From: Nemertoderma westbladi
Taxonomy: Eukaryota; Animalia; Xenacoelomorpha
Assembly (NCBI GenBank): GCA_032718475.1
Contig: JAUCBJ010000091.1
Coordinates: 6,095-70,094, forward strand
DNA length: 64,000 nucleotides
Direction: 5' to 3'
The translations under genes and the position numbers were made by a program. Below are positions 35,501-46,032 of the stretch, piece by piece (position 1 is the stretch's first letter; each line of letters begins with the position of its first letter). The notes beneath the pieces were generated by a model. It was not told where the DNA came from, ran no database searches, and saw nothing but the letters and a program-made list of their open reading frames with translations.

Positions 35501-36370
35501 ATTGATAGTCAGTTCAAAGACCACGCTCTGACCAAACTCAGCCTGAGAGACTCAGCGGCGGAGAAGCTAAACAGCGCGGGATTTGCCCTTTTTCAGGACA
35601 TTTGTATACAGAACTTACATTCATCTGTTATACAAAGACCCCGAATACCCACGGGTTATTCTGTCGTCGAAGTTCAGACAGTGGGTCCTCTTGCGGAGAC
35701 AGCCGCACCTACCTCAGCTATGCAATTGGAAGACGAACCAATATGCTTAGAAGCTGAAGCGATTCAACCTACAGCGCCCCGGAGCAGCGATAACGACTAC
35801 GTCTTAGAGTGGTATCAAGGTCCACAATGTCTCACTGCATACGATTATCGACACGCTAACTATGTTTCTCGAAAACGTTGTCGATTATGCGCATTGAGAG
35901 ACCATTTCACCCCTATGGACTCAGACGTACCCTGCTCCTATTTCCACGAACAACCGATGATGGAGATATATTGTGCGTATTGCAGACTTAATAACTCTCA
36001 TATTTTTGCAGTCTGCCCCCAATTTATGACTCAATGCCACCACTGTCAACTTAAAGGACATGCCAGTTATAATTGCCCCTTTAATCACGATTTAGAGAGC
36101 GTAGATGAAATGATTACCCTGCGCTACATCCGAGCTTGGGAAGCGAACGCGGATTTACATTGTGAGTCCCGTCATCGATACTACCCTGGACGCTCTTACG
36201 AGGGAGTTTACGCGTTCCATCCTTATTTATTAGCGTCTGTGGAACAAAAAACACGCATACCGAGTTACGAGCTAATGAAGCGTGTTGGTGAGTGTATTTC
36301 CACCAAATTTGTTCGAAGATATCTTAGGAACGTCAACCCGATCCTAACGATATTACTTCATACCATTTGA
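32555..36370 (+). CDS. Accessory retrotransposon ORF: N-terminal Cys/His motif, coiled coil, DEDDy (WRN/EXD/RNase D-like) 3'-5' exonuclease domain, C-terminal zinc fingers
   Basis: ExoI VVTYDNEG, LPQPVLEML, ExoII ILKIGSAVYGDL, FVDTQ, SIGHLA, and ExoIII-position YTIFENA. Then CRLCALRDH, CAYCRLNNSHIFAVC and the knuckle CHHCQLKGHASYNC. 1271 aa, inside the LTRs. Confidence 0.75.
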   Translation: MTELIEDDLGIRERYTLPLQAFVDSLIRGDAGPTTTEDDGRYIEPPMSPEQLTRELDYRKFTARYTHRNGTYMDFLTTGHPIDLHDTDDVDTKREMVLFKYHTQRNRNDKPRTEHENSIRNRLEREDVEEPDKRNDFNDYLEFLRETYLNIASQQNLETRYPQGIHHDPMIELKRLYFTMMYLSADRPLPVVPDSFEQMEEYCKTGERSPAFPLQDMRLWYYCDECPRPNQQTERHKHPRRRCAKHSFTRYTYGSFERNLFDVSPAVARLKRSLNKPMIRVPEYSVRPPHSLVRPQTLDPNSITDPPELYSLFKDLVLPEQLIGGTPVVGSRDIRQPYLAGLGRGHLISPFNPYNRPGFTSIQPVMEVEESVVRNALDAIRQKIGKGTYDCLEKRKLQQQVQAVKELALPQFDREIQNLEEDIERGRTYSLQEFLDERLQQQAEENQLEERHIELDEREEAALAQPEAQILMTDLYSKTILHPSMVPHFGDKLFAMAQPQPVDINLRSRDLIADAPLLQRPPIESARVDGILVEPPDNRADLVRRMVHDVNIRARPLPDSFYGIKDHPYYVNLKQYYMVKPEDPTHSLKFLPLINPLDLVELEQLQKHLDQLVKVNSFRKPYNVSRIEKETIPPYNLDGFIKTRLVHWNLDVLFEEERIQRYGDEETHTTQYLKYKDLPNASECATLWHPVGMTLENATKEWNETLNVIEMYGVVTYDNEGSVPVGELGTTRMIHIRGLAGSTHVFTRACSDVIDYSFETLTETQKKLRHGQFELAQHYVTDTERKPAMGIDGSMLPQPVLEMLFNEGILKIGSAVYGDLQNDFRNMENIPYPFVDTQLIAPWAEGRGFFRTMYANTPSGITKVQRTSIGHLAFQEYGWNFKVGNPINYQQVYGDHYSRLYFDGPLTAPGAVYSFMSVPLRPSLAIYTIFENAALAGWLADVCSRTIRAHPLILGTKLAKLDEYNKFIRFECFRRFLTPFRNIDSQFKDHALTKLSLRDSAAEKLNSAGFALFQDICIQNLHSSVIQRPRIPTGYSVVEVQTVGPLAETAAPTSAMQLEDEPICLEAEAIQPTAPRSSDNDYVLEWYQGPQCLTAYDYRHANYVSRKRCRLCALRDHFTPMDSDVPCSYFHEQPMMEIYCAYCRLNNSHIFAVCPQFMTQCHHCQLKGHASYNCPFNHDLESVDEMITLRYIRAWEANADLHCESRHRYYPGRSYEGVYAFHPYLLASVEQKTRIPSYELMKRVGECISTKFVRRYLRNVNPILTILLHTI

Positions 36371-36813
36371 TCAATTATATCCGTCAAGACCCTGAGTATG
36401 GTGATTTATTTATCAACTCGCACCCTGAGTTACAGGAAGTATCTCGACGGCCCTACGAATATCGAGCCCGAGAACGCGAGCTGGAAAGAACTATTAAACC
36501 AAGGAAGTTTCTCACCACTCACGGTCCACCTACCGCCGTTGTCCAGACGACCCGTCAAGGACCAGTAGGAGCTGCTGTCCTAAGACGCGCCTTAAAGGCC
36601 GTTAGACCTCGCTCCGCTGAAGTTGATATCGATCAACCAGGTACCTCGACCGGCGGATACACCGATCGCAATCCGAAACCTTCTGATGCAATTGTATTGC
36701 ACCCTTCACCCAGGAGTTACAGCCCTCCTAGTAAAGTGGCTCGCCCCAAAGAGAAATGGACTCTTGCTAGCCTCAAAAAACTGCGTAAACGCCGTCCGCG
36801 TAAGAAAGACTAA
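36328..36813 (+). CDS. Probable frameshifted C-terminus of the accessory ORF with basic tail KKLRKRRPRKKD
   Basis: Frame is open from 36328, has no ATG start and overlaps the end of the 1271-aa ORF. The homologous tail is joined to the ORF remnant in the inner copy. Confidence 0.6.
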   Translation, partial: ERQPDPNDITSYHLINYIRQDPEYGDLFINSHPELQEVSRRPYEYRARERELERTIKPRKFLTTHGPPTAVVQTTRQGPVGAAVLRRALKAVRPRSAEVDIDQPGTSTGGYTDRNPKPSDAIVLHPSPRSYSPPSKVARPKEKWTLASLKKLRKRRPRKKD

Positions 36814-36891
36814 CTGTTTAGAGTATTTTTATAATTTAGAAACTGTGATTTGTTATATTTTATAGACTTAAATCCCATTTTCTGGGAGCGG

Positions 36892-38068
36892 TGTAAAAGC
36901 TTTTGCGTAATTAACCGGTTATTTTCCCGTAAAGTACTCTGTAGTTGGTTTACCAGGCATAAAAAGGCCGTGTCCTTACTGTACTGGTGTTTTAGAGGAC
37001 ATAAAAGTCATTTCTTCTGTATTTGTACTTTAGAGGACATAATCCGCAATCTCGTGACGCAATAAGCTAGATACTCTTGAAAACAGTGTCGCTACCATGA
37101 CGACGGCTAACAGCTGATATTGCCACGTCGACATTTCTTTGTTTCTTTGTTCTCTCGTTGTTCGGTCGACCAATCAGAGCGTTTTTTGTCTCTGTGTTGG
37201 AGGGGGATACAGAAACTCAGTAGTTCAGTGTTATGTTTTTGCCCAGAGCCTAAGAACACCGGCTTTTCGCACCTCCGTGTTTCAGTCTTTAGCTTAACAT
37301 TAGTAGGCTTAATTATAGAGTGTATATCTGTTATCATACCAAAACTCAGTTATCTCAGTTAATAATCATAACATATCAAAACAAACCGCATCATTCATAC
37401 CTTAACTTTACTGCTTTTACTGTCGGTTATTCATTATATTTGTTGATGAAATATTATATCGGAATACTGATCAATAGTCAGACACCCAACCTTCTTGATA
37501 TACTAAAGGTTAGAGAGACCGGTTACAGATAAACGATTGCGACCTATGTTAAGTGGTTTGAAGTGAATCTAATGCTATTTCATAGGCCCGACATAAATTG
37601 TATGTTGCTCTCTTTATACGTGACCAAATTTAGTGAAGGTCGGCAGATTAGTGTGCAGTATTGTGCAGCATTGTGTATGATTGTAACTGATAACAAAGCA
37701 TCTCCTAAAGAATGCGCCATATACATAACTCTATAGCCTTTTCGTTGTGTCTAGTTTAAGTCATAACTCTGTTTACATATTTAGAGCGCCACGTCCTAAA
37801 GGAACTGTTAATATTTCCCGAAAGTGAATAATATTTGTCAGAGATTATATATTACGATCAGTCGAATAATACGGTAGGCTTACACCATCAATCATTAAGC
37901 TTCCGAATTCAGTCTCCCGGGTATATCCAGCGGGTGAATGATTGCGCATAGACTGGCTTCGGCTAATGTAGTGTATCAAATACTCGTCATAGGCTAAAGA
38001 CTATATATCATCTAAAAGACATCCTAATTTGGCAGGTTAAACTGTCAAAGGTCTTAAAAGCGCAAACA
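36892..38068 (+). repeat. 3' LTR of outer element (1177 bp)
   Basis: Near-identical to 6797-7973; followed by the TSD CGTAG. Confidence 0.96.
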
Positions 38069-39329
38069 CGTAGTAATCAAGTACAGTACGAGAATCAAAG
38101 ACCATTATCTTTTACAAATAATAGACAAAATTGTCAAATAATAGTCACAAACTAACCATTGCTTTCTATGGGTCTTTGGCTATTATTTTACACATTTGCC
38201 TTTTAAAGTCAAATCAAGGAGATCCGTTTGACTTTGCTTTGCATTTTCTGTGACAGTTTTGACTTTTTCTGATTTGACGTTTTAGAAATATTTGCCTTTT
38301 TAGTCAAATCTCGCCATCGGTGCTCAGTGGGAGATGAATATAAAATGGAGAGTTAATCGAAATTATTTTTTTTGGGGGGGGGGGGGGAGGATTGACCCAG
38401 TGTATTAGGGTGATCTGGAACCCTATGCTCTTTAATTGAAACTTTGAAAATAGTGATATATTTTTATACATTACATCTACTAGAAAAGTTAATTCCTGTT
38501 CTAATTAAGCCTATACATTGCATAAACATAATACCCTTAGTATAGCGCACTTTTATAATAATTTTTATTCCTTTCGCTGGATAAATATATTTTTACAAAA
38601 CACCGAAAGCTCCAATCTTTTACTGAAACATGTAAGACATCGATGAGGCGCGAGCGCTGATACAGTAGTAATCTCACTATACAATCCTTTCCCCCATGCC
38701 CAGCATATGTCAGGTTCGCATCAGCTCTTGGTGTCTCGAAGATATTAAGTAAAATATAGTTTTAGATGCAAACTTTATCATGTTATGTTATATTTACAAG
38801 ATGGAAAGTCAATGTGGTTTTGTTTTGAGAGTCTGAAATCTACTGCTGCTATTGGGTTAATTTTTCAAAGGAATGAATAATGTGGTGGAGGGAAATTTAA
38901 ACTAGATTTTAGTTCTTTTTAAAAAATTGTATTGTTTTTTTTATTTTAGCGTTTTATCGTAATTGAGGTACCTGATGTAATATTCACCTTAATAAGTACA
39001 ACCACAAATAAGTACTCTGATAGAGATACTGTAGAGCGTCATCGTGTATAGGGTTAGGTTAGTCCTATTGCCACATAACATAACAATTTTAATTAGGGTT
39101 TGGATCAGAGCCGCTAACTAAGTAAGTAAGTATTTATATTAATATTACAGTATAAACTACTGTTAATTTGAGTGGTTGTGGATCATGGTATGTTATTTGT
39201 TTTATTCCAAAATTGTAACATATTACTCAACGCCGTTAGTATTAACAGCGAGTTGTTATTTAGCACGTTACAACTTTAGAAGACATTACAGTATTGTATT
39301 GGCCTGTACCTTACTATTGTATTTGGTGT

Positions 39330-39420
39330 TATTGTTTACGTGGTAACCCATGACGGCGTTAAGTAATGTCCACTAAGGGGACATTACTTAACGCCGTCAT
39401 TGGATACCACGTAAATAATA
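39330..39420. repeat. Near-perfect 91-bp palindrome (42-bp arms, 7-nt loop)
   Basis: TATTGTTTACGTGGTAACCCATGACGGCGTTAAGTAATGTCC-actaagg-GGACATTACTTAACGCCGTCATTGGATACCACGTAAATAATA. Confidence 0.9.
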
Positions 39421-39904
39421 GGTGGAAATTTGCCTCATAGACAGATAGGCCTACTGCATTACCTACCGGTAGGCGGGGTATAGCTATTAATAACCAGTAG
39501 GGCCTATATCTATGAACATGGCTCCAAACGCCACCATAAATGTAAACTCTTTGGTATGATCAACCTGGAAGATTTCCTACACCTTAAAACTTGCGTTATT
39601 TACCTACAGCATCTTAAATAGTCCCAATAGAAAGGTTCTTTTTTTCTTTCATCATTTAATCTGTCTGCACCTTGCAGATTTGTCTTGTGCTTAGATATTC
39701 TTCCGTTATGGTGTCTCCGCATGGCACCTCGGTTTACCACGTTTGTCTTCTCTGAGTGTCTCCAGATACAGTTTCAAGGTCATACGGAATCGACATGGAA
39801 AATCTCAAGCCACCGAACTGAGTCCTGCTAGTCAGTATAAACTCTAATTTTATGGTACCATACTGAGTGGCACCACTGGCTCACATTGAGCTCGCCACTT
39901 AGTG

Positions 39905-42680
39905 GTAATGGACTTTTATAATCTTGATCCAACTGCACATGCAGCATTGGACAAAATAGACCAAATCTCTAACCGCATCATCCGTTGCCACTTCTCATGT
40001 TCTGGAAGACTGGCTAAGAAGTTTCCTAAGGTGGTTCTGATTGTGTGCTACTCTCCAACTAGTGTTGCCCCTGTAGAGGAGGTGGAAAATTTCTACCAGA
40101 ATCTACAAGCAGCTACTGATGGAGTGGATCAGCATGCATTCTTAACATTCTTGGGAGACTTTAATGCAAGTCTGCATCAATCACCTACATCGCCCTGGGT
40201 CTATAGCAATAGTGTTAACCGAAATTCCGTCCATCTTCAGGATTTTATCTCTGGAAATGGATTGTTTTCGGCTGGAACCCAGTTCAAGAAGCGAACTGGA
40301 AAGCTATGGACTCATAGTGGACCCAGTGGTCACAAGTCCCAGATAGACCATATCCTCTTTCGTAGGAAATACAGGAGCTCTATACAAGACTGTAATGCAT
40401 TTACACTACGACCCTTCTCCAGTGATCACCGCCTTATTGTGGCCAAGGTAAGACTTAGTCTGCGTGCTAGCAGAACAACGAAATCTGCCTTGCCGCGGCA
40501 TGACTGGTCCTCTCTGTTGCAACAGCCAAGTGTGAGATCCAGCTTCACATTACAGCTGAGCAACAGGTATGAGGCTCTTGCCTCTGAGGCGGCAGATCAC
40601 TGTGAGGGCTATACTGCCTTCACAGAGGCAGTTAAGTTAGCAGCTGCAGAAACAGTTCCTGTATACCCTCGAAACAGGAAACGGGCACCCTGGACTGACA
40701 ACAAAATTCAGAAGTGCCGAAATGACCTCTACAAGGCGCAGAAAGAGTCCCGACTCAAACAGACTACACAGCGGCCAAGAATGCAGTTAAGGCTGCATCT
40801 AGGTCCCTGAACAGGCAGTACTCTGTTAATTTACAGGAGCTAATAAACCAACAGGTTGATGCCATCAATGATGCTGACGACAGCAGGCAATCATCCCAGG
40901 CATGGAGATCGATCAACTTGCTTGCTGGTCGAAAAAGCCAACCAACCACCAAGGTTAAGGCTGAATCACCAGCCGATCGCCTCAATGGTTGGAAGGCCCA
41001 CTTTGAAAAGCTCCTCGATAATGACAGGGTATTGCCTGATAACTTTATAGAAGTAAAAGTGTCTGAGTCTGTACTCCCAGATATTCCCATTGGTGATATC
41101 TAGTTTGCAGAAGTGAAGGCTGCTGCAAAGAGCATTAAGACCAATCGTGCCAGTGGAGTAGATGGTGTTCCCCCTGAGGTCTTTAAAATACCTGAGTGTT
41201 TAAAGCTCATCTATCCCATCATAGTAGACATGTACCGTACAACAAGAGTCCCACAAGAAATGAAAACAAATAAGTTGGTACCAGTTCCCAAGAAGGGCAA
41301 CCTAACACTCTATGGTTCTTTTCGGGGAATCTCATTGATCTCGATTGCTGCAAAGCTATACAATAGAATTCTATTAAATCGCATCAGGGATCCCATTGAG
41401 AGACTGCTCCGTGGAAATCAGAATGGGTTCCGTAAAGGTCGTGGGACCATGGAGCCCATTTTGGCACTCAGAAGGATAATTGAAGAGTTATCAAAAAAGA
41501 AAGACAGGCATCTGGCTGTTATCTGTGTTGACTTCTTCAAGGCCTTTGATTCAGTCTCTCGCTCACGTATGTTCAGCATACTTTCATTATATGGGATTGC
41601 TGATGAAATTATTGCAGCAATCAGATCAGTACGATGGTTCGACAACATTTGTGTCTACTGTTGACGGTGACACAGAACCATTTGAAGTGTTATGGGGCGT
41701 CCTCCAGGGAGACACACTTGCACCATTCTTGTTCATAATTGTTGTTGACTATGTTCTACGCATGTCCTTAGATCGTCACAATGATGATGGGGTGATGATA
41801 ACTCCACCTACTGGCTCCAGAAGTCGAGGAAATCCTGCCAAGTACCTAACTGATCTAGACTTTGCTGATGACTTAGGAGTACTCTCAGAATCACTAGAGG
41901 GAGCTCAACGGCTCCTCAGCTCATTAGAACATGCTGCTTCTAGTGTTGGTCTTTTTATTAACTCCAGAAAGACCAAAATTTTGACAGTTAACTTTGAAAG
42001 TCCTCAGCAAGTCTCTGATCGGATGAGCATAAGATCAAAAGATGGTATGCTTGAGCATGTGGATGACTTCTGTTACCTGGGATCATGGATCCGGAAGTCA
42101 GGTGAGGACCTTCGAATACGTAAGGGAAAGGCATGGGCAGCCTTGAATAGGCTTTCCAGGATTTGGAAGTCACCGAGAATTAATCGGAAACTTAAGGTCC
42201 GGTTATTTAGAGCAGCAGTAGTTCCAGTACTCCTCTATGGGAGTCCATGCTGGGCTCTAACTGCTGAGGACACCAAATCTCTGGATGGCACATTCACAAG
42301 AATGCTACGCCGGGTTCATTGTGTCAAGTACAATGCACACATCTCCAACCAGACACTATATAACATTGGAGGTGTCTCATTGGTTCCCCCAAGCTTGACA
42401 CTAGAACAAAATCGCCTCCGCTTTGCAGGACATTGCTTTCGCCGTGAGGACCAGCCAGTGCATAATCTTGTACTTTGGCAGCCTCATGGAGTGAATAAGC
42501 ATGGTGGACAGCCCATGACTTTCTTGAGACGCATCTTAAAGGACACTGGCCTTGAAGATGCGGATGATCTAGCAAATGTCATGGGTGATAGGGAGTTGTG
42601 GCGGTGCAATTTTGTCGATAAGCCGGCACAGCATTCTTAAAAATGCAGCTGCAATGCAGCATGCCGATCCTAGTAGTAGT
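39905..42680 (+). mobile_element. Degenerate RTE/RTEX-type non-LTR retrotransposon (APE + RT), 5'-truncated
   Basis: APE motifs CYSPT, LGDFNA, SQIDHIL, SDHRLI; RT motifs NQNGFR, VDFFKAFDS, GVLQGDTLAPFLF, DFADDL, YLGS, RLRFAGHC. Frameshifts near 40770 and 41625, stop at 41101, (TAG)3 tail at 42671. Confidence 0.9.
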
Positions 42681-43374
42681 TTATAATCTTAATCAATAAT
42701 AATAATATCTATAAAAGTATAAGTATAATAAATAATACTTAATCAATAATACTCCTAATAATACGAGTTATTTTAACTGATATGATACTATTTGCTTTTC
42801 GGCCCTTACATGCCAAAACCGGCCGTTTTGTATTGTTATTGTATCTTGTTGTTGCTCTTATTTTGTGTTATTTTAATTAATTTGATGTTGCTAGACCATT
42901 TTACCAATAATAGCCGCCGGGGCGTAAGCCGGATGTTTAAATAAAAAAAAAGTGCTACTTTACACACACAGTATGTAAATAGTTATTACAGTTTTATAAT
43001 AGGATTTGAATAGAACGTAATTAATAATCTCATAATGAATAATATTCAACATACTGCCAGTTTAGACTGTTAGATCGGATAGGCCAGCCAGGCCTACCCT
43101 AAACTGGTAAACCTATTTCCTACAGGTACGAGCTACAGAGCTGAGGCAGTATAGTAATTAAGAAGTATACATCGCCTCGGGCCTCGCCGTACTGGCAGAC
43201 TGGTAGGCCCTAAATTATTATATTATTTGTGATACAGGCTCATTGTAGATAGCAGGCTGGCAGGAGAACCACTCAATCAAAGTAGATGCTGTGACTAATT
43301 CGCCCCGACTATTCCAAACAATTTGTTTAGTGTATTTAATATTTCAGTATCGGTGGTAGGACTATACGGTTGTT

Positions 43375-44355
43375 ATGGATACCGATTTCAGTACCCCGCC
43401 TTTCCTTAAATTAGTAACAGAAACAAAGAAGACTATTCTTCTAAAAGCTGTAATTGAGACAGGGCGTTTGGATATCACTATAACAGATGGCGCCACTGTC
43501 TGGAAAGGGAGAAGCCAGCCCAGCGAAGTTGAAGGCATGGCGAACGTTCTAGGCATGGACACTGGCGAGTATGTTAGCGAAATGAGACTGGCCATGTCGA
43601 CTATTAATGATATATATTTATATGATCTGAAAGACAACTCTTTTTCTTGGAAAAAGCAAGTTCCCACGGGAACATCTAAAATAAAAGTTACTTTTGGAAG
43701 CATCAACGTAGAGCCTTGTAAAGATTCCAGTGTAGAGTTGATCGATTTACTGACGGATTTATGCGATAAGATCGTTCTACTGAACCTGGAAGTCGGAGAA
43801 TTGGGTTGTCAGAAGAAACAGTTAGCAGCAGATAGACAGAAAGCCGTAGATTTCGTTAAAACTCGAGTCCTTTCTAAAGAGGAAATGGAAAATAATTTGT
43901 TATCTAAATTCCTTCTCGTGTTGAACGCCAAGAAAGAAAGAATTCGCGAACTTGAAAACGAGTTGGAATTACTTAAACGAGAAAATAAAACCGAGATGAA
44001 AGAAACTGAATCTACCGGTTCTCCGCGGACCGATTACGTTGCTAAGGAGACAGAATACCCCAGCGATTTTGATACAGACGACGAGAAAGAATCGGCCAGC
44101 ATTAAGTCTCGTCTCGCCGCCGCTGAAAGTCGCCCGTTCCAGGTTGGCAGCTCTGCTGTAGTAGACATTGTCCAATCAGGGTCAAGGGATATCGTTAAAC
44201 GTAAGAGAGTGAGAGTCTGTCCCCCAGCTGTAGCTGTTAGTCGCCGACAACCAATAGAAACTCAGCAACCACAGCCACAGACAATTAAGCAAATAGACCA
44301 ATCAACGGAGGATACATTGTGTCTATCTACCACCGACCTAATACACGATTTATAA
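43375..44355 (+). CDS. XRCC4: DNA repair protein XRCC4, single uninterrupted ORF
   Basis: ITITDGATVWKG, FSWKK..FGSI, ligase IV-binding helix KEEMENNLLSKFLLVLNAKKERIREL, acidic Y..DFDTDDE site, KRKRVR NLS. 326 aa. Confidence 0.9.
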   Translation: MDTDFSTPPFLKLVTETKKTILLKAVIETGRLDITITDGATVWKGRSQPSEVEGMANVLGMDTGEYVSEMRLAMSTINDIYLYDLKDNSFSWKKQVPTGTSKIKVTFGSINVEPCKDSSVELIDLLTDLCDKIVLLNLEVGELGCQKKQLAADRQKAVDFVKTRVLSKEEMENNLLSKFLLVLNAKKERIRELENELELLKRENKTEMKETESTGSPRTDYVAKETEYPSDFDTDDEKESASIKSRLAAAESRPFQVGSSAVVDIVQSGSRDIVKRKRVRVCPPAVAVSRRQPIETQQPQPQTIKQIDQSTEDTLCLSTTDLIHDL

Positions 44356-45920
44356 GGTTTCCCCAGGTAAACGGCTATGTTGAGCCTCTATAAACAATCT
44401 CCTACACTTAAAAAAGATGTGATAAATGAGTATAAAACTAGATATTTATATAAAATATTATTATTAAATTAAGTTAAATGTTGACAATATATTATTATTT
44501 TTAATTTAATTATGAAACTGTGGATATGCTTTTATTTTATCCTCGTGGGATTAATCAAGCTACTGTACTGTGTGCCTATGTGTCCAAGACAAAGTTATAA
44601 TATAAACCTAATATTAATGTATAACTGTATATTATTAATGAATTAAATGCTATTGAATAGTTTTTTAATAAAATATTAAGTAAATAAAAACAACAGAGTT
44701 ACTTATTAGAAGAATAAGGTGGCCGCTTTAATTTCTCTAAGAATAATGCAGTTCTTAATATAGACAGTTTGGGGATTTCGGTGCAGGGTTTGAAGTGGTC
44801 GCAATTCGTTGCAGGTAATCCACAAAGCCAGCATTTACACGAAGCTGTTGGTCGCCAACATTTACTCTGGTCACAGAGTTGTTGATGTTGGCCATTCGAA
44901 ATCAACCTTGCAGCTGCTCGTCGCCTTAAACCGGTTAATCTTCCAATAGGCCTAATGTCTGATTTTTTAATTATAAGGCGTTTGAACTTAATAAATGGCT
45001 TTCCTTATTGAAATTTTTGTGGAATTGCGTGTGAAATTAGCAATAATTATTATATTGACTCAGCGCGAAAACGTTGATGTTAGATTGAGTTACCACAGTG
45101 AATGACCAGTTTATCGTCAGGCAATTTAGAAACTCTGGTAAATCTAATTTAATTTAGATAGTTTAAAAGACTACAGCTATTATTACTTCGTTCTATCTTA
45201 TGTTATATTTTTTTCTCTGTGTCATTAGGACCTGAATCCTTGCGTCCTGTAAATGCGGTCCTTACCGGTATGTTAACTGCGTCGATAGGTCCCGTATCTG
45301 TCGACGCAGGACCTAACCCGCAAAGGACCAAATGGCGCGGTACCCTCCCTCCAGTTCTGTTCATGCATACAATAAATACAAGTACAATATCTGATTCAGG
45401 AAAAAAGTGGTGAAATATAAAAAAAACCGGCTTTGGCCGGAATTCCGGCCGGATTTTTTTTTACAAATCCGACTCCGTCCTGGCCGGTTTGAAAAAGGTC
45501 AATCCGGCACATCCCTAGTAATTATGTTTATTTAGGTCTGTAGTTTGTGCGAGGTATGGCGTGCGGCGGAGTGAGTGGGTCTAACCTTTATAGCGGAATC
45601 CGCAAAGAATCAGAAATTTCCGCCAATTCAGAATCGGCGGAATATTCACACGAACCTTTTACCCCTGTAGTAAGCTATTATTTGGAGATGTTGTATATAC
45701 TGTACAGTTTTTATTTAAGTGTCAGTTTTTATTGTTGTTTTATACGGTAAACTAGAAACGTTTGTAATTGGTTATAAGACCATCAGCCATACCTCGCGAC
45801 GATTCCTTACTATTGGTGAACTGTTATAATGTGCCTTTATTTTCAGTTATATATTTATATAATCGGCATGTCTGTATTGTTATGCCGGCTTAACAAACAA
45901 AATTGAGCTGCCATCACACA

Positions 45921-46032
45921 ATCGGCATACGGCATTGCAGCTTGCATTAAGAATGCTATACCGGCTTGACGACAAAATTGCGCCGCCACAATCCCATATC
46001 CCCCCATGACTTATCGCGAGATTATCTGCATC
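45921..46032 (-). mobile_element. Short 3'-end fragment of the same RTE family, inverted
   Basis: Reverse complement aligns with about 42557-42668 (..GTCATGGG..TTGTGGCGG.GCAATTTTGTCG..AAGCCGG..AGCATTCTTAA..GCTGCAATGC..ATGCCGAT). Confidence 0.8.

Larger units (their letters stand above)
6797..38068 (+). mobile_element. Outer Bel/Pao LTR retrotransposon (about 18.7 kb once the nested insertion and 773-bp duplication are removed)
   Basis: TGT...ACA LTRs at 6797-7973 and 36892-38068; 5-bp TSD CGTAG at 6792-6796 and 38069-38073; Gag-PR-RT-RH-IN order with Bel/Pao motifs; purine-rich tract GGGAGCGG abutting the 3' LTR. Confidence 0.96.

Noticed and set aside
32555-36370. Envelope glycoprotein call for the 3' ORF
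   Set aside because: No signal peptide or transmembrane segment is evident; it has nuclease-like and zinc-finger motifs instead.
39050-39100. Telomere-like GGGTTAGGTTAG / TTAGGG
   Set aside because: Only two or three imperfect units; also at 3385-3395. Common inside repeats and not an array.
39680-39900. Possible inverted 5' portion of the RTE element
   Set aside because: No recognisable APE N-terminal motif on either strand and no TSD identified.
45220-45670. Possible ends of small DNA transposons (..GCACATCCCTA, ..ACCCCTGTA, GGACC repeats)
   Set aside because: No matching opposite terminus or TSD was found in the window, so boundaries and family cannot be supported.
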